DNA from: an uncultured Candidatus Rokubacteria bacterium
GTDB taxonomy: Bacteria; Methylomirabilota; Methylomirabilia; Rokubacteriales; DASRDR01
Reading direction: 5' to 3'
Length of the DNA: 64,000 nucleotides
NCBI GenBank assembly: GCA_963826115.1
Contig: CAWGVS010000010.1
Location: 192,001 to 256,000, forward strand
Both the position numbers and the translations under genes were made by a program. This document shows, piece by piece, positions 1-9,138 of the stretch (positions are counted from its first letter, which is position 1; each line of letters begins with the position of its first letter). A model generated the notes under the pieces. The model made no database searches. It saw only the letters and a list, made by a program, of their open reading frames with translations, and was not told where the DNA came from.

Positions 1-661
1 CCGGGCCCGGCAGAAGCTCTTCGGCAAGTCCTCGGAGCGCTACCGCGACTGGTACGTCCCGCGCCCGTACAGCCGCCGCTTCGTCGTGCACCTGGAGCAG
101 TGGTACGCGCAGAGCCACCCCGACGAGGACTTCGCCGAGACGTTCGCGGTGTGGCTGGCGCCCGACTCGAACTGGCGCGAGCGCTACGCCGGGTGGCCCG
201 TCGTGAAGAAGCTCGAGTACGTGGACGCGACCATGCAGGAGATCGCGGCGGCGCGACCGCTCGTTGTCTCGCGGGCCCGCGTCGATCCGCTCTCGCGCCT
301 CCGGAAGACGCTCCGCCAGCATTACGAGCAGAAGCGGCGCCACTACGGCCTCGACGCGGACGTCTCCTACGACCGCGATCTCCGCCGCTTGTTCTCTGCC
401 GCGCCGGAGTTCCGGGACCGCCCGCCCGCCGCGCGGTTCCTGGGCCGGATCCGCCGGGAGGTGCGGCGGCGGGTCGCGCAGGGGACCGGCGTGTACCAGT
501 ACACGATCGACCAGGTGCTGGGGGACATGATCGACCGCTGCCGGGAGCTCGGCCTCCGGGTGGCGGTGCCGGAGGAGCAGGCGAAGCTCGACTTCACGAT
601 CGCCCTCACCGTGCAGACCATGAACCACCTCCACAGCGGGCGGCACCGGATCGTGCGATGA
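1..661 (+). CDS. Putative zinc-binding metallopeptidase (5'-truncated by window edge)
   Basis: Frame open from base 2 (RARQKLFGKSSERY...). Motif WYAQSHPDEDFAETFAVWL is typical of the putative zinc-binding metallopeptidase family. Stop overlaps next start (ATGA 658-661). Confidence 0.75.
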   Translation, partial: RARQKLFGKSSERYRDWYVPRPYSRRFVVHLEQWYAQSHPDEDFAETFAVWLAPDSNWRERYAGWPVVKKLEYVDATMQEIAAARPLVVSRARVDPLSRLRKTLRQHYEQKRRHYGLDADVSYDRDLRRLFSAAPEFRDRPPAARFLGRIRREVRRRVAQGTGVYQYTIDQVLGDMIDRCRELGLRVAVPEEQAKLDFTIALTVQTMNHLHSGRHRIVR

Positions 662-1680
662 AGCCGCTGCGCGTCCTGGCGCTCGTGCACCGGGACCTGG
701 TGCCGCCGGACGACCCCGGCGACGCCGACATGCTGGCGGTGCCCTGGAAGACGGAGTTCGACGTCGTCAGCACGCTCCGGGAGCTCGGGCACGAGGTCCG
801 CCCGCTCGGCGTCCGGAGCGACCTCGGCGTGGTCCGGCAGGCGATCGAGGAATGGCAGCCGCACATCGCCTTCAACCTTCTCGAGGAGTTCGACGGCGTC
901 GCGACCTACGACCAGAACGTCGTGGCGTACCTCGAGCTCCTGCGCGTCCCGTACACGGGCTGCAACCCCCGCGGCCTCATGCTGAGCCGCGACAAGGCGC
1001 TCTCGAAGAAGATCCTGGCCTACCACCGGATCCCGTGTCCGGACTTCGCGGTCTTCCCGCTCGGGCGCGCGGTCCGGCGGCCGCGGCGCCTGTCGTTCCC
1101 CCTCATCGTGAAGTCCTTGACCGAGGACGCCTCCCTCGGCATCTCGCAGGCCTCGGTCGTGGAGAGCGACGAGAAGCTTCGCGAGCGCGTCACGTTCGTC
1201 CACGAGAGCCTGGGGACCAGCGCGATCGTGGAGCGCTACATCGAGGGGCGGGAGCTGTACGTGAGCGTCGTCGGCAACCGCCGGCTCAGCGTGTTCCCGG
1301 TCTGGGAGCTCCGGATGGAGGGCCTCCCCGACGAGGCCCACCCGATCGCGACCCAGCGGCTCAAGTGGAGCCGGCCCTACCAGAAGAAGTACGGGATCAA
1401 GTGGGGCGAGGCGCGCGGCCTCCCCGACCCGATCGCCCGCCGCGTCCAGGACCTCGCCAAGCGCATCTACCGCACGCTCGGCCTGAGCGGCTACGCGCGC
1501 ATCGATTTCCGGCTGGACGCCAACCAGGGGATCTTCGCGCTCGAGGCCAACCCCAATCCCGAGATCGCGTACGGCGAGGAGCTGGCCGAGTCGGCGGAGA
1601 AGGCCGGGCTCTCGTACGAGGGCCTGCTCCAGCAAATCCTGAGCCTCGGGCTCCACTGGCGCCACGACGTCTACGCGTAG
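658..1680 (+). CDS. D-Ala-D-Ala-ligase-like ATP-grasp enzyme (non-canonical)
   Basis: Start MKPLRVLALVH at 658. ATP-grasp motifs PYTGC, DKALSK, IVKS..EDASLGI, ERYIEGRE, GYARIDFR, LEANPNP. Lacks the Ddl GGxSxE N-terminal motif. Confidence 0.8.
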   Translation: MKPLRVLALVHRDLVPPDDPGDADMLAVPWKTEFDVVSTLRELGHEVRPLGVRSDLGVVRQAIEEWQPHIAFNLLEEFDGVATYDQNVVAYLELLRVPYTGCNPRGLMLSRDKALSKKILAYHRIPCPDFAVFPLGRAVRRPRRLSFPLIVKSLTEDASLGISQASVVESDEKLRERVTFVHESLGTSAIVERYIEGRELYVSVVGNRRLSVFPVWELRMEGLPDEAHPIATQRLKWSRPYQKKYGIKWGEARGLPDPIARRVQDLAKRIYRTLGLSGYARIDFRLDANQGIFALEANPNPEIAYGEELAESAEKAGLSYEGLLQQILSLGLHWRHDVYA

Positions 1681-1776
1681 CGAGCCGCCCGCCGTCCGTG
1701 CCGAGCGCCCGGCCGCCGTGGCCGCGATCCGGCGCGTCGACGAAACGCCTGCCCCGGGTCCGCGTCCCGCACGCCG

Positions 1777-3177
1777 CTAGCCGACGGGCGGATGCCGGCG
1801 GTGCCAGTCGGTCCGGGCCTGGTAGGCGCGCGCCGCCGCCAGGATCGTGTTCTCCCGCCAGGCGCGCCCCACGAACTGGAGGCTGGTCGGCAGGCCCCGC
1901 TCTCCGAAGCCGTCGGGGACCGCGATGGCCGGCAGCCCCGCCGCGTTGCCGACCGCGCCCGTCGGGTCGAGCACCGTCCCGCCGAACGCGCTCCGAAACG
2001 GCTCGTCGAGCCGGCTTGCCACCGTGAAGCGCCCCGGGGCAACCAGCGCGTCGAGGCCGGCGAGGAGTCGGTCCATCTCGCGGGCCACGACGGCCCGGAG
2101 CCGGAGGGCCTTCAGGTAGTCCTTCGCGAGGATCGCGTCGCGCGCGTAGAGCGCGTAGCGGTCCTCGGGCGCCGTCAGCTCGGCGAGCTGACCCGCCTCG
2201 ACCAGGCCCTCGAGGGCGCTCGCCGCCTCGGCGAACAGGATCGTCCGCGTGATCGCCTCGTAGGGCAGGGGCGGGAGCGTCACGTCCTCCACGGTCCCGA
2301 AGGTCCGCAGGACGTCGAGCGCCTCCTCGAACCGCGCGCGCACGTCCGCGTCCGCGACGTCCACGGCGGCCCGAAGGACGCCGAACCGGAACCGCCGGCT
2401 CGGCCGGTCCTCCGGCTCGTAGCGGAACGGGCGGTCCTCGGCGCTCGGGTCGAGCGGATCCGCGCCCGCGATCGCCTCGAGGACCAGACCGCAGTCGTCG
2501 GCGGTGAGCCCGAGCGGGCCGACCTTGTCGAGGCTCCAGCTGAGGGCCATCGCGCCGTGCCGGCTCACGCGCCCGAGCGTCGGCCGGAGTCCGGTGACGC
2601 CGCAGTTCGCGGCCGGCGAGACGATCGAGCCCCAGGTCTCGGAGCCGAGCGCGAAGGGCACGAGCCCGGCCGCGACGGCGGAGGCCGAGCCGCTCGACGA
2701 GCCCCCGCTCCACGCATCCTCGCCCCAGGGCGAGCGCCCCGGCCCGGTGAACGAGGCGCGCGGCTGCCGGTACCCGGCGCCGCCGGCGAGCTCGACCATC
2801 GCGAGCTTCGCGGCGAGGACGGCGCCCGCGGCCTCGAGCCGCCGGATCACGGTGGCGTCCTGGTCGAACGTCTGCGCCCGGAGCGGTGCCGCGCCCCAGG
2901 TCGTGGGGACGCCGCCGGCCGTCGCGAAGAGGTCCTTCGCGCCGTAGGGGATGCCGTGGAGGGGCCCGCGCCAGGCGCCCGCCGCGATCTCCGCCTCCGC
3001 GCGCCGGGCCTCGACGATCGCCCGCTCACGCATGAGCGTGACGACCGCGTTGTAGCGGGGACCGAGCGTCTCGAGGCGCTCGAGGAACGCCTCGGCGAGC
3101 GCGACCGGCGAGACCTGGCGCGCGCGCACGAGGGCGCCCAGCTCGCGCAGCGGGAGGAAGACGGGGCTCGGCGTCAC
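1777..3177 (-). CDS. Amidase signature family protein (GatA/AtzE-like)
   Basis: GPLHGIPYGAKD (catalytic Lys), GGSSSGSASAVAAG, GSETWGSI, GLRPTLGRVSRHG, GLPTSLQFVG. Confidence 0.9.
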   Translation of the reverse strand: MTPSPVFLPLRELGALVRARQVSPVALAEAFLERLETLGPRYNAVVTLMRERAIVEARRAEAEIAAGAWRGPLHGIPYGAKDLFATAGGVPTTWGAAPLRAQTFDQDATVIRRLEAAGAVLAAKLAMVELAGGAGYRQPRASFTGPGRSPWGEDAWSGGSSSGSASAVAAGLVPFALGSETWGSIVSPAANCGVTGLRPTLGRVSRHGAMALSWSLDKVGPLGLTADDCGLVLEAIAGADPLDPSAEDRPFRYEPEDRPSRRFRFGVLRAAVDVADADVRARFEEALDVLRTFGTVEDVTLPPLPYEAITRTILFAEAASALEGLVEAGQLAELTAPEDRYALYARDAILAKDYLKALRLRAVVAREMDRLLAGLDALVAPGRFTVASRLDEPFRSAFGGTVLDPTGAVGNAAGLPAIAVPDGFGERGLPTSLQFVGRAWRENTILAAARAYQARTDWHRRHPPVG

Positions 3178-3389
3178 GGTCCGGGCGGTGGGGGCGGCAC
3201 GTGCGGCAGGAGCGGGCCGTCGGCGTTCTCGAGCCGCACCGCCCGGAGCGCCTTCACCGCGTCGACGATCGTCCCGACCCCGGCGCGGACGGCCTCGAGT
3301 TCCTCGGCCGCGAGGCGGTCCTCGTAGCGCGCGCGTACCAGGTCGAAGAGGAGCTCCGCCTCGCTGCGCCCCGTCTGCGGCTCGCTCAT
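3174..3389 (-). CDS. Small acidic helical protein, probable amidase partner (GatC/AtzG-like)
   Basis: MSEPQ... start preceded by GGAGG; 71 aa, ends ...LRAVRLENADGPLLPHVP. 4-nt overlap with the amidase start. Confidence 0.6.
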   Translation of the reverse strand: MSEPQTGRSEAELLFDLVRARYEDRLAAEELEAVRAGVGTIVDAVKALRAVRLENADGPLLPHVPPPPPGP

Positions 3390-3540
3390 CTGGCTGGCCT
3401 CCGCGGCCATGATAGGCGGGCGCTTCCGGCGCGACAAGCGCGCGAGCGTGTCGCCGGGCTTGCGCGGGGCCGCCCCGGACCCTACGCTCTCACGGGCGGC
3501 GCGGTCGGTCTCGCGCCGCGGTCGGGAGGGACCGCTCCGC

Positions 3541-4629
3541 GTGGGGATCTTCGAGCGCTGGCTCCGGCACCTGTCCGTGCGCCGGCTCGCGCCCCGCGCG
3601 GACGGGCAGCCCCTCGACGCCGTGGCCGTCGCCCACATCCGCCGCGTCGAGCGCATCCTGATCGCGGCGGCGGCCACGCTCGCGGTGCTCGGGTTCCTCA
3701 GCTACTACCTGCCGGTCTACCACGCGCCCCAGATGTTCCCGGCGGTGACGGTCCCGGTCCCGTTCCTCGGCGCCCTGCGCCTGCCGTGGGGCGAGATCCT
3801 GTGGGCCGTCGTGCTCACGACCATCGAGCTCACGCTGCTGACGCTCCTCAACATCGTCGGCGTGCACGAGATCGCGGTCGCCACGGGGTTCCTCACGCCC
3901 GAGAACAAGGGCGATCGAGTGACAGCCCTCCTGTCGATCGGCCTCGAGCGGAAGACGACCGAGGTCACCCGCTACGGCATCGACCCCTTCGAGGGCCTCC
4001 ACCCGTGGATGCTCTTCCTGTTCAACCTGATCCTCCGGCTCAAGGGCTGGCTCGCGAACCAGGCGACCCGGTACCTGGTCCGCCTGCTCTTGGGCCGCTA
4101 CGCGGTCCGCGCCCTCCTCGACTTCGCCGGCGTGCCGCTCTACATGGCGATCAACGCCTACGCCGCCTTCGCGGTGCTGCGGGAGGCCAAGGTCGTCCTG
4201 ATGGGCCCCGAGGCGGTGCGCTCGCTGGTCCGGCGTCTCTCGGAGGAGCCGCCCTCGCCGGTCGAGCGTGCCCTCGCGTACGACACGCTCCAGTTCATCG
4301 CGGTCAGCAAGCGCGACTTCCACCAGAACCACTACCTCCTGACGAAGGAGCTGCTGGACCGCTGGCAGGTCCCGGCCGAGGCGCGCCACCCGCTGCCGCC
4401 CGATTTCCTGGAGCGCATGGCGGCCGCGCCGCCGCGGGCGCGGGCGATCTGTGAGGCCATCATCATGGCGGGGTTCGTCCTGGACGGCCAGCTGTCCTGG
4501 CGGGAGCGCCGGCGGCTCGACGCCATGCAGCGCCTGGGCGTCCTGCCGCACCGGCCGGCCGACGTGAGGCGGCGGCTCGCGCAGTTCCTCCGCGGCGGCG
4601 GCCTGCCCGCCGACACGCTCCCGCGCTGA
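3541..4629 (+). CDS. Hypothetical membrane protein with TerB-like C-terminal motif
   Basis: GTG after GGGAGG. Hydrophobic segments (ILIAAAATLAVLGFLSYYL; ILWAVVLTTIELTLLTLL). C-terminal AGFVLDGQLSWRERRRL resembles the TerB-like DG..S..E motif. Start uncertain (ORF opens at 3409). Confidence 0.65.
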   Translation: MGIFERWLRHLSVRRLAPRADGQPLDAVAVAHIRRVERILIAAAATLAVLGFLSYYLPVYHAPQMFPAVTVPVPFLGALRLPWGEILWAVVLTTIELTLLTLLNIVGVHEIAVATGFLTPENKGDRVTALLSIGLERKTTEVTRYGIDPFEGLHPWMLFLFNLILRLKGWLANQATRYLVRLLLGRYAVRALLDFAGVPLYMAINAYAAFAVLREAKVVLMGPEAVRSLVRRLSEEPPSPVERALAYDTLQFIAVSKRDFHQNHYLLTKELLDRWQVPAEARHPLPPDFLERMAAAPPRARAICEAIIMAGFVLDGQLSWRERRRLDAMQRLGVLPHRPADVRRRLAQFLRGGGLPADTLPR

Positions 4630-4633
4630 GGCC

Positions 4634-5791
4634 TCAGTACAGGTAGAGGTGGAGGCCCACGCCGATGGACTCGATCCGCTCCCGGAAGAACTGCCCGTTC
4701 GGCGAGTAGCCGCTGAAGTACTCGACGAGCAGCTGGATCCGCCGGTCGAAGACCGGCAGCTTCTCGAGCTGCACCCCCGCGCGAACGGAGACGTCCGGGC
4801 GCCAGTCGTTCTGCTGTCGGTACTGGACGTCAACCGCCGCCAGCGGCCGTAGCATCCCGCCGAGGTAGGTCCGCGGGCTCCGCACCTCGACGCCCGTCTC
4901 GGCCCACCACCGTTCGAGGTCCGCCGGGTCGCCGCGGACGATGTACCCGGCGCCGCCGTAGAGCCGGAGCCACTGCATGACCTCGTACGAGAGCCGGAGG
5001 TCGACCGCCTCGTAGCTCAGGTTCACGCGCTCCACCCCGGGATGCGCGACGAGGAACTCGTCGCCGAGGTGCGAGCTCTGGTGGAAGAGGCGGGCCATGG
5101 CGGAGAAGTTCCGCAGCCGGTAGGCGACGGGGAACCCGAGCATGTAGTCGCTGTTGGCGAGGTCGACCGACGGCGCGTCGAGGTCGAACAGGCTGAACAC
5201 GGCGGCCTGGACCCCGACCTCCCACGCGCCCCCGCGCTCGCCCACGGGTCCGCGGAGGAGCGCGATCGTCTCGCCCAGACTGGCCGTCGCCGCGTTGGCG
5301 AAGCGCGGGTCGTCCAGGTAGCGCTGGTAGACGGCCGAGAAGTGCGGCCACCGAGGATCGGCGATCAGCGGGGCGAACAGGAGGCCCCGCGGGAGCACCT
5401 CGAGGCCGCGCGCCGGGACCTCGGTTTCCACGGCGGGGCCGCTCGGCGTGGCCGCGGTCGTCGGGGGCGCGGGCGCGGCCGCGACCGCCGGCGCGTCCCG
5501 TAGCTCGACCATCGACACGCGGACGACGCCCGGGATCGCTGAGAGGGCGGCCACCACCTTCTCGACGTCGGCCCGCGAGAGGCCCGCGGCCTCGACGGTG
5601 AGCACTCCGTCCTTGACCGCGACCTTCCCGCTCTTGACGTCGAGCTGCCGCTCGAGGACGGCCGCGGCGTACCCTGCGATGTAGGCGTCCTCGGTCGGCC
5701 CGGCGAGGGCCGGCGGCGCGGCGATGAGCAGCGCACAGGCGATCGTCAGCCATCGCCATCCACTCACGACGTCCTGTCGACCCCGCGCCAT
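4634..5791 (-). CDS. DUF1207-like outer-membrane beta-barrel protein with N-terminal BON-like domain
   Basis: Signal peptide; LFAPLIADPRWPHFS and HQSSHLGDEF motifs of DUF1207; Ala/Pro linker; aromatic C-terminus IGVGLHLYLY. Confidence 0.75.
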   Translation of the reverse strand: MARGRQDVVSGWRWLTIACALLIAAPPALAGPTEDAYIAGYAAAVLERQLDVKSGKVAVKDGVLTVEAAGLSRADVEKVVAALSAIPGVVRVSMVELRDAPAVAAAPAPPTTAATPSGPAVETEVPARGLEVLPRGLLFAPLIADPRWPHFSAVYQRYLDDPRFANAATASLGETIALLRGPVGERGGAWEVGVQAAVFSLFDLDAPSVDLANSDYMLGFPVAYRLRNFSAMARLFHQSSHLGDEFLVAHPGVERVNLSYEAVDLRLSYEVMQWLRLYGGAGYIVRGDPADLERWWAETGVEVRSPRTYLGGMLRPLAAVDVQYRQQNDWRPDVSVRAGVQLEKLPVFDRRIQLLVEYFSGYSPNGQFFRERIESIGVGLHLYLY

Positions 5792-5861
5792 GATGTCGTC
5801 CTCCGCCTCTGTCTTGTCGCCGTGAAAGGCTGTGTCGCTCGTCCGGCAGCGTTCCGACGCG

Positions 5862-5876
5862 TGGCACGCCGATTGC
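5862..5876 (+). promoter_or_regulatory. Sigma54 (-24/-12) promoter
   Basis: TGGCACGCCGATTGC exactly fits TGGCACG-N4-TTGC; intergenic, ~125 bp upstream of the 6003 CDS. Confidence 0.7.
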
Positions 5877-6002
5877 CCTGTTTCGAGTGCGGAGGACAGC
5901 CGAGCCCGTGCGATCGGGCGGCGGCGCCAGGGCGCTCGACCGGACTCTCTGCGAGGCTCGTGCCGCGGTGGGATCGGTGAGCGGCGGAGGAGGAAAACGG
6001 CG

Positions 6003-6326
6003 ATGCGACGGAACTGGCGAGGGGCTCAGCGGGCATTCGTGGCGGTGCTGGTGGGCGTGTCGCTCGCGTCCGCGCCCGCCTGGGTAGCGGCGCAGTCACC
6101 GAGCGGATCGGAGCAGGTCGGCAGCGGAGGGCAGCCGGCCGGCGCCAGCCCGGCGCCGGTCGAGACGTCCAAGCCCGCGCAGAAGTCGACGCCGAGCGCT
6201 GGCGAGGTCGGCAACCGGCTCCACGACAGCGCCAAGGGATTCGGCGAGGCCATCCTGGGCGGGATCAAGTACGCCGGGCGGAAGGTCGCCGGCTTCTTCG
6301 GTGGCGGCGACAAGTCGGAGAACTAG
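6003..6326 (+). CDS. Small secreted hypothetical protein
   Basis: GGAGGAGG RBS; signal peptide ending VAA-Q; S/P/G-rich linker; amphipathic C-terminal helix. Confidence 0.65.
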   Translation: MRRNWRGAQRAFVAVLVGVSLASAPAWVAAQSPSGSEQVGSGGQPAGASPAPVETSKPAQKSTPSAGEVGNRLHDSAKGFGEAILGGIKYAGRKVAGFFGGGDKSEN

Positions 6327-6366
6327 CGACCGCCCGTGCGGGACCGAGATGGGAGGTTGGACAGCC

Positions 6367-6825
6367 ATGCGATCACGCCAGGCGCGTATGCGTATGATGG
6401 TCCGGATGGTATTGCTGTGCGCGGCGGTATTCGTGGCCCGTGGCGCCGTGGCTGATCCGGCCACGGGGGCGCCGGACCGGGCCGTCGCCGGTTCCCCGGC
6501 GGAGTCGACGCCATCCGCGGCGCCCTCGCCGAGGATCGGCAGCGATCTCCGGACCGTGGCCCCGCCCCGCGGGGGGGCGCTCGAGCAGGAGCGCGATCCG
6601 GGGATGGGTCCCCGGGCCCACGAGCCGGTCTTCTTCGGACCGGCGTCGACGACGACCGAGCACACGCGCTTCGGTCTGAGCTCCTGGATCGCGCCCGGCG
6701 CGCCGTTCGACCACCGGGAGGATCCGGGCGGGGTCGCCGCCGGTTTCACGATCTCCTGGCCGGCGCCCAAACCGGAGGTGCCCTCCTCGGGGCCGAACCC
6801 GTGGCGAGGGTCGGCCGGGCGCTAG
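6367..6825 (+). CDS. Small secreted hypothetical protein
   Basis: GGGAGG RBS; signal peptide (VLLCAAVFVARGAVA); low-complexity middle; beta-strand-like C-terminal part (RFGLSSW...GFTISW). Confidence 0.55.
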   Translation: MRSRQARMRMMVRMVLLCAAVFVARGAVADPATGAPDRAVAGSPAESTPSAAPSPRIGSDLRTVAPPRGGALEQERDPGMGPRAHEPVFFGPASTTTEHTRFGLSSWIAPGAPFDHREDPGGVAAGFTISWPAPKPEVPSSGPNPWRGSAGR

Positions 6826-7811
6826 CCGTCGCGGGTCTCGTGCTGACCCTCGCGCTGGGGAGCGCCGGCGGAGGGTCCGGCACGAGCCACGCGGTCGACT
6901 CTCCGTCCGACCGGTCGCTCCCCACGCTCCGCGTCGTCACGTTCAACCTCCTCCACGCCGGGATCTTCTCGGAGCTGACGGGCGACGACGAGGCGCTGGA
7001 GGAGCGGCTCCGCCTCGTCGTCGAGGGGCTCCGCGCTCTCGACGCCGACGTGGTCGGGCTCCAGGAGGCGTCGGTCGGCCGGCGTCGCGGCCACGTCGCC
7101 GCCCGTCTCGCGGACGCCCTCGGCTACCACTACGTGTTCGCGCCCGCCGCCACGCGGCCTCTCGGCAGCGAGTTCCTGCGTCGGGCCGTCCGGGTCGTCC
7201 TCGGCTTCGCCGAGGGTCCGGCGCTCCTGAGCCGGTTCCCGATCGTGCGCTGGCAGGCGTGGGAGCTGCCGGACTGCGGGCGGGCCTTCGACACGCGGGT
7301 CCTGCTCTTCGCGGAGCTCGAGACCCTGACTGGGCGCATCGCGGCCTACTCCGCGCACACCTCCGGGGACGCATGCCACGCGCAGGCAGTCGCCGATCTC
7401 GTGCGTGCGAGCGCGGGGCCGCTGCCCGCCGTGGTGATGGGAGACTTCAACGCGACCGCGACGTCGTCGGCGGTGAGACTGCTGACGGTCGACGCGGGCT
7501 TCGTCGACGCGTTCGCCGTCGCGCGGCCCGGGAGCGCGGGCTTCACCGACGGCCAGGACGTGCGGGCCTCGGTGGGGACGGCCCGCCAGCGGATCGACTA
7601 CGTCTTCCTGGTGCCGGGGCGCTCGGCGGCCGCGCGGATCGTCGAGAGCCACGTGGTCCTCGACCGGCCGGACGGCGCGGGCGCGGTCCGGTGGGCCTCG
7701 GATCACTACGGCGTGCTGGCCGAGATCACCCTCGGCGCCGCGGCGCCGTCACGCCTCGGGAGGGCCGGGGCCGCCCGCGACCTCGGCCTCGAGGGGAGCG
7801 TCGAGCGCTGA
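6801..7811 (+). CDS. Secreted endonuclease/exonuclease/phosphatase family protein
   Basis: LRVVTFN, DVVGLQE, VMGDFN, RIDYVF and ASDHYGV motifs; N-terminal signal. Confidence 0.88.
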   Translation: MARVGRALAVAGLVLTLALGSAGGGSGTSHAVDSPSDRSLPTLRVVTFNLLHAGIFSELTGDDEALEERLRLVVEGLRALDADVVGLQEASVGRRRGHVAARLADALGYHYVFAPAATRPLGSEFLRRAVRVVLGFAEGPALLSRFPIVRWQAWELPDCGRAFDTRVLLFAELETLTGRIAAYSAHTSGDACHAQAVADLVRASAGPLPAVVMGDFNATATSSAVRLLTVDAGFVDAFAVARPGSAGFTDGQDVRASVGTARQRIDYVFLVPGRSAAARIVESHVVLDRPDGAGAVRWASDHYGVLAEITLGAAAPSRLGRAGAARDLGLEGSVER

Positions 7812-9125
7812 CGGCAGGCGGGCGGCAGGGGTGGGACCCGCCGTCACCGGGAGGGACTTGATCACCCGGGCGAGCGGCGGGCGGAGCCGCCGGGGCACGA
7901 CGCGGCCGAGCTCGATCTCGTCGGCCCCGGCGAAGCGGGCCAGCGAGCGGAGCGCGTCCGCGAGCCCGGCCAGCGCCGCGTCCTGCTCGATCGCGCCCCA
8001 CGAGGCCGCGGGCGGGATCCCGCCGGCGGCGAACCAGCGCTCGAAGTGCACCCCCCGCACTGCGAGGCGGCGCTCGGCGCGGTGGACCTTCGCGTCGACG
8101 CGGCCGATGAGCTGACCGTCGTGGAGGATGGGCAGGGTGTAGTACCCGTGGACCCGCTTCGGCCCCGGCGTGTAGACCTCGATCCGGTAGGAGAATCCGA
8201 GCAGGCGCTCCACGCGCTCGCGGTACCAGAGGAGCGAGTCGAAGGGCGCCAGGAGCGTCGTCCCCCGCGAGGCGATCCGCCGCCGCGCGGCGCGCTCGAG
8301 GGCTGGCAGGTCGCGCGCGAGCGCGAGCCAGCGGCTGCGTGCTCCCTTGACCTCGATCTCGACGACGTCGCCGGCGTCCAGGAGCCGCCGGACCGCGGCG
8401 CGCCGGACGCCCGGCCCCATGCGGGGGAACGTGAGATAGCGGGTGAGATCGGTGTCGGTGGCCCCGCCCATCGCGTGGAGCGACCGCTCGACGTGCCAGG
8501 CGCGGAACGCCTCGGTAGAGGCGGGCTCGATGCCTTCCCAGGCCGGGAGGATGCGCTCGATCAGGTCGTAGCGCTTCTGGAAGTGCGGGCGCGAGTGGAC
8601 GGCGAGCGCGCCGGTCATCCAGAGGTAGTGGAGCGCGTGCTGGGCCGGCTTCCAGCTCCACCAGCCGCCGCGCCCGCCCGGCCCCCGGTGCTCGAAGTCC
8701 GCGGTGCCGGCGGGCCCGTTGGTCCGGATGGCCTCGGTGACCGTCTCGAGCGTCTGCCGGTGCCGGCGGAGCCACGAGGACCAGCCCGTGTGCCGGAGCC
8801 GGTAGTCCAGCATCGCGCGGCGCCAGAGGGCGAGGTGCGAGGCGGGCACCAGGCACGCCGCGTGGGCCCAGTACTCGAAGAGCAGGCGGCGGCGGTAGAC
8901 GAGGCGGTCGAGCCGCGCGCGGTCGTAGGGGCCGAAGCGGCTCCAGAGCGTGAGGTAGTGCGCGCGGTCGAGGACGTTGATCGAGTCGAGCTGGAGGCCG
9001 CCCGCATCCTCGACGAACCCGACGAGCCGGCGGGGCGTGAGCCGCCGGGCGCGCGGCTCCCGGAGGTGCTGGCGCTCGAGGAAGAGGGCCGCGACGGCGC
9101 GGAGGGGGAGCCGCGGGCCGGACAC
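7749..9125 (-). CDS. ycaQ: YcaQ-like interstrand crosslink repair DNA glycosylase (HTH_42)
   Basis: LQLDSINVLDRAHYLTLWSR (QxD motif), FEYWAHAAC, LLAPFDSLLW, YRIEVYTPGPKRVHGYY. Confidence 0.85.
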   Translation of the reverse strand: MSGPRLPLRAVAALFLERQHLREPRARRLTPRRLVGFVEDAGGLQLDSINVLDRAHYLTLWSRFGPYDRARLDRLVYRRRLLFEYWAHAACLVPASHLALWRRAMLDYRLRHTGWSSWLRRHRQTLETVTEAIRTNGPAGTADFEHRGPGGRGGWWSWKPAQHALHYLWMTGALAVHSRPHFQKRYDLIERILPAWEGIEPASTEAFRAWHVERSLHAMGGATDTDLTRYLTFPRMGPGVRRAAVRRLLDAGDVVEIEVKGARSRWLALARDLPALERAARRRIASRGTTLLAPFDSLLWYRERVERLLGFSYRIEVYTPGPKRVHGYYTLPILHDGQLIGRVDAKVHRAERRLAVRGVHFERWFAAGGIPPAASWGAIEQDAALAGLADALRSLARFAGADEIELGRVVPRRLRPPLARVIKSLPVTAGPTPAARLPSALDAPLEAEVAGGPGPPEA

Positions 9126-9138
9126 GCGGTGGGCGGTG

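Noticed and set aside
658-1680. Housekeeping ddl or van resistance ligase
   Set aside because: Missing the Ddl N-terminal substrate motifs; no mur, vanH or vanX context.
1777-3389. gatCA of the tRNA-dependent amidotransferase
   Set aside because: No gatB is adjacent and the active-site context differs from GatA.
7749-7811. 63-bp convergent overlap of the EEP and ycaQ genes
   Set aside because: Both tails are low-complexity extensions; such overlaps are common in GC-rich genomes.
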